From NCBI GenBank assembly GCA_965230925.1, contig OZ246403.1, positions 3,367 to 67,366 of the forward strand: 64,000 nucleotides of DNA. Direction: 5' to 3'. The position numbers and the translations under genes are program-made. The notes beneath the pieces were generated by a model. It was not told the DNA's origin and searched no databases. It saw only the letters and a program-made list of their open reading frames with translations. The stretch comes from an uncultured Candidatus Saccharibacteria bacterium (GTDB taxonomy: Bacteria > Patescibacteriota > Minisyncoccia > Phycocordibacterales > JACOZG01). Positions 61,143-64,000 of the stretch are shown here, one piece after another (the first letter of the stretch is position 1; every line of letters starts with the position of its first letter).

Positions 61143-63509
61143 ATGATGGAAAACAAGCAAATGTTACCAGGCGTAGATGCACCACAAGGCAAAGTTCTTT
61201 TTCTCTTTATTTTGCTTTTCGTTCTCATTCTTGGTACCGGTTTTCTGTTTTCTTCGAAAGGCGGTCAAACTGAAGTGGTGGCGGAGGTGGCGGCAGCCAA
61301 CTTGTCTTTAAATAAGACAGTAGAAGAGGAAAGGGAGTTTTCGGACGAAGAAAAAACCTTAATTGAAATAAGTGGTCAACTTGGAGCAGAAGTTAAGAAA
61401 ACACAGGAGCTTTCAGCGGGTTCTCCTGATAAGAAGGCGGGGGAGAGAGTTGTTGCTGACATGGAGGCAAAGCGTAGAACCCTAATAGACAGTTTGGCGG
61501 ACAATCTTTCACCAGAAGCCATGTTTGCCGTGGCAGACAAAGAAGTGGATGAGGAGGAAATAATTTCTGGCCGGCTTAGCGTGACCTACTTTGATGATTT
61601 TGATAATAATGGTGAAAGTAAGTACGTCTACAAGCTAAAACAAGCCGGGAAGGATCCAATAGAATTAGCCACCATTGTTCCTCTAAAGGCTGAAGCTGGG
61701 TCAACGGTAAGATTGGAAGGATACTATTTCGGAGATCGTTTTTTTGTTGACCCTCGTCTTGATGATCCGATCATTTCTCAACCGATAACCAATCTTGGGG
61801 CCACAGGGGCGCAAAAAACCCTTGCCATCTTGGTAAACTTCGAAGACACGGGACCAGTACCATTCCCCGCAGAAAATGCTCAGGGACTTATTTTCGGGGG
61901 TCAATTTGCTCAGTTTTTTCAAGAACAGTCTTATGGTCGCATTAGCTTCGATGGAAGTGTGGTTGGTTGGTTAACTTTGCCTCGCGCCAGTGATTGCGAG
62001 TGGCCAACCTTTGGTGATGGCGGTGAACTAGATAATATGGTTCTCGCGGCTGTTCCAAACATCGGTGTTTATAACCGAATTATTATTTTGTCTGATCATA
62101 ACTGTGTGAACTCCGGTTTTTCAACCATTGGTAAGGATTTCATTCAATTGGGTAATCAGGAATACCACTTTTCCGTGGCTCAAATTGGGCATCTTACTAC
62201 TTATGACCAGCCCTCTGTTTGGGGTACGCAACCTTTTCCTTGGACCAACTTGGACTACTTACTAAGCCATGAGATGGGTCACAGCCTCGGTCTTTACCAC
62301 GCTAACGGATTAGATTGCCATGAGAGCGCTCTTTACGGTGAGAATTGTGAAAATGTTGAGTATGGCAATCTTTATGATGTTATGGGGGTGGAGGGTTATT
62401 CACTCCACTTCAGTAGTTTTTATAAAGAACGGTTGGGTTGGATCAAGCCGTCGGAGATTTTGACTGTTGACAGGTCTGGTAATTACAAAATAAACAACCT
62501 TGAATCTCTGGCTGGTTACAAGGCGGCAAAACTGAAGGTCCAGGGCCACAATCGCTACCCTTTTTACCTTGAGGCAAGAAGGCCGACCGGGTTTAATGCT
62601 AATCTGGGTGACTCTTCTTTCGTCGGCACTCAATCAGGCTTATTTGTTACTAAGATTATTTCCGACTCAAATCTGTATGAGAATTTTCCCAACTCAATTT
62701 TGGCGTACTTATTAGACCTAAGCCCCACCAGCGCAAGTTGGAATCAAGACATTGAGAACCCCGTTCTAAATAGTTCAATTGGCTTGGTAGATAAGGCCGA
62801 AGGTTTCAAAGTTGGCCCCGTCAGACAGGTTGTTGGAAATCAGGTTATCTTTTCCGTTAGTGTGGGTAATCCGGTTTGCGTTAGAAACAAAGCTTCTTTG
62901 GATGATTTTACTTTCGTTAATAATTTTGCGGCAGGTTCTGAGGGCTTCCTTGAGTTTTCGTTTAGAAACAGAGACTCTTTCTTGTGTGGTGAAGGAGAGT
63001 TCGGGGTAGATGTTGATTACCCTGTTGGCTGGTCAATCTCTAATCTTGATTCCAAGGTTGTTTTGGGTGCTGACCAACTTTCCTTCCAAGAGCCAATCTT
63101 TCAGGTACCGCCAGACACCGTTCCTGGTACTTACAACTTTATTATTAGGGTAACCAATCTTTCGAATAGTTTGGTAAGCACTCTTAATGTTCCCGTTACG
63201 GTTTATACAGCTCCCCAGGCCATGTCCCTCTCTCCAGAGTCTGCTCCAAGTGGTACAACGGTGTTTTTGAACGGTGTTGGTATACCAGAGACTGGTGCTT
63301 ATGTGGTTTTCGAAAACGATCAGGTTTACGCTGGAACCATTGCCCCGGCAATGAGCGATTCCCAGTTAAAAGTTGTGGTTCCGGAAAACGGTTTCGGAGG
63401 TGAATGTCAGTGTGAGATACCTCTACCATCGGGAGAATATACTGTCAAATTCTCTGCTAGTGGCGTTTGGAGCAATCAAATTCCTTTTACTGTAGAGGAA
63501 GGTGATTAA
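61143..63509 (+). CDS. Membrane-anchored metzincin protease (M6/M11 gametolysin-like) with C-terminal Ig-like (NEW3/IPT-like) domains
   Basis: N-terminal TM helix; LAILVNFED; FFQEQSYGRISF.G; HEMGHSLGLYH (HExxHxxGxxH); EYG..YDVMG Met-turn; K..LGW. Confidence 0.8.
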   Translation: MMENKQMLPGVDAPQGKVLFLFILLFVLILGTGFLFSSKGGQTEVVAEVAAANLSLNKTVEEEREFSDEEKTLIEISGQLGAEVKKTQELSAGSPDKKAGERVVADMEAKRRTLIDSLADNLSPEAMFAVADKEVDEEEIISGRLSVTYFDDFDNNGESKYVYKLKQAGKDPIELATIVPLKAEAGSTVRLEGYYFGDRFFVDPRLDDPIISQPITNLGATGAQKTLAILVNFEDTGPVPFPAENAQGLIFGGQFAQFFQEQSYGRISFDGSVVGWLTLPRASDCEWPTFGDGGELDNMVLAAVPNIGVYNRIIILSDHNCVNSGFSTIGKDFIQLGNQEYHFSVAQIGHLTTYDQPSVWGTQPFPWTNLDYLLSHEMGHSLGLYHANGLDCHESALYGENCENVEYGNLYDVMGVEGYSLHFSSFYKERLGWIKPSEILTVDRSGNYKINNLESLAGYKAAKLKVQGHNRYPFYLEARRPTGFNANLGDSSFVGTQSGLFVTKIISDSNLYENFPNSILAYLLDLSPTSASWNQDIENPVLNSSIGLVDKAEGFKVGPVRQVVGNQVIFSVSVGNPVCVRNKASLDDFTFVNNFAAGSEGFLEFSFRNRDSFLCGEGEFGVDVDYPVGWSISNLDSKVVLGADQLSFQEPIFQVPPDTVPGTYNFIIRVTNLSNSLVSTLNVPVTVYTAPQAMSLSPESAPSGTTVFLNGVGIPETGAYVVFENDQVYAGTIAPAMSDSQLKVVVPENGFGGECQCEIPLPSGEYTVKFSASGVWSNQIPFTVEEGD

Positions 63510-63546
63510 AAAGACATACGGCTTAAAATAAGGCTTTGTCCTTTAT

Positions 63547-63583
63547 AAACTACCCTCTGGCGGCTCACCATCGGGGGTAGTTT
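63547..63583. terminator. Intrinsic terminator-like hairpin
   Basis: AAACTACCCTC...GGGGGTAGTTT inverted repeat after the protease gene. Confidence 0.65.
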
Positions 63584-63740
63584 CCTTGCCATTTGGGAGG
63601 GATTCTGGTAGTTATTAAGTCCAGGTTCTGATCCTTTTACTCGTCCATATGCCTGTAAGGCTTTTGGCGGGGGCAATAGTTCCTTGAAAACGACTCTTTT
63701 GAGTTTTCGTATCTTCGTTTGTATTTAGCTAAAACAAGTT

Positions 63741-64000
63741 ATGAATATCAAAAGAGCGCTCAGCTTGGGCTCCGCCAGCTGGCGGATTGCCCTGGTGCTA
63801 CAAGTCCTTACCATAGGGCTTCTTTTTGGTATTAGTCGCGTAGATTTGGTTTATGCAGAAGATCCGAATATAGCAATTAGTGATGAGTTCACCGGTTCGG
63901 TGGCCAATAATCAAGGTGGAAATGATGAAGGCCACTTCACTACCCAGAGCGATAACGACTCTTCTTTTGGTAATGAGGGTTCGTTTACGACCGGTGCCGG
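63741..64000 (+). CDS. Start of a secreted protein (partial, runs off the window)
   Basis: MNIKRALSLGSASWRIALVLQVLTIGLLFGISRVDLVYAED... is open to the end of the window and resembles a signal peptide (VYA cleavage site). Confidence 0.65.
   Translation, partial: MNIKRALSLGSASWRIALVLQVLTIGLLFGISRVDLVYAEDPNIAISDEFTGSVANNQGGNDEGHFTTQSDNDSSFGNEGSFTTGA
63770..63788. repeat. 19-bp palindromic element CTCCGCCAGCTGGCGGATT inside the signal-peptide coding region
   Basis: Exact reverse complement of 18222-18240. Confidence 0.8.

Noticed and set aside
1-64000. CRISPR array, rRNA, IS/transposase
   Set aside because: I saw no regularly spaced direct repeats with unique spacers, no rRNA-like segments and no transposase motifs.

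Overview
The window is bacterial and almost entirely + strand. By gene content it is most likely Patescibacteria/CPR (Parcubacteria-like); this is an inference from the stand-alone VirD4/TraD-like ATPase, compact MurC/MurD, cohesin/dockerin surface proteins, giant S74 fibres and near-leaderless promoters. In order it contains: (1) the 3' end of a DipZ-like gene and tRNA-Leu(CAG); (2) a 3548-aa secreted fibre/adhesin with phage tail-fibre-like modules and a peptidase S74 chaperone, then small membrane proteins and a dockerin/cohesin trio; (3) murD, NUDIX, an antisense pgeF-like gene, murC, a putative glycoside hydrolase and a VirD4-like ATPase; (4) a ~25 kb surface-glycan locus with GT4s (one split), a GT47 exostosin-like enzyme, Wzx, a 2OG-Fe dioxygenase, two FkbM methyltransferases, a NeuA-HAD-NeuB set resembling the phosphorylated animal-type sialic acid route, GtrA/GtrB/GT-C and an O-antigen-ligase/TPR protein; (5) a region the ORF track largely missed, with a candidate sRNA, an 87-nt hairpin RNA, an ABC1/UbiB kinase flanked by two paralogous ~50-aa two-TM proteins, and a separately transcribed 23-aa Lys-rich micro-protein; (6) secA, CYTH, DUF1653 and pepF; (7) a second S74 fibre, a third small fibre-like protein, a metzincin protease and the start of another secreted protein. 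The best candidates for undescribed biology are the kinase plus twin micro-membrane-protein module with its RNA leader, a 19-bp palindromic element found in-frame inside unrelated genes, and the animal-type sialic acid pathway next to mosaic fibres. No database searches were possible, so family calls come from motif recognition.
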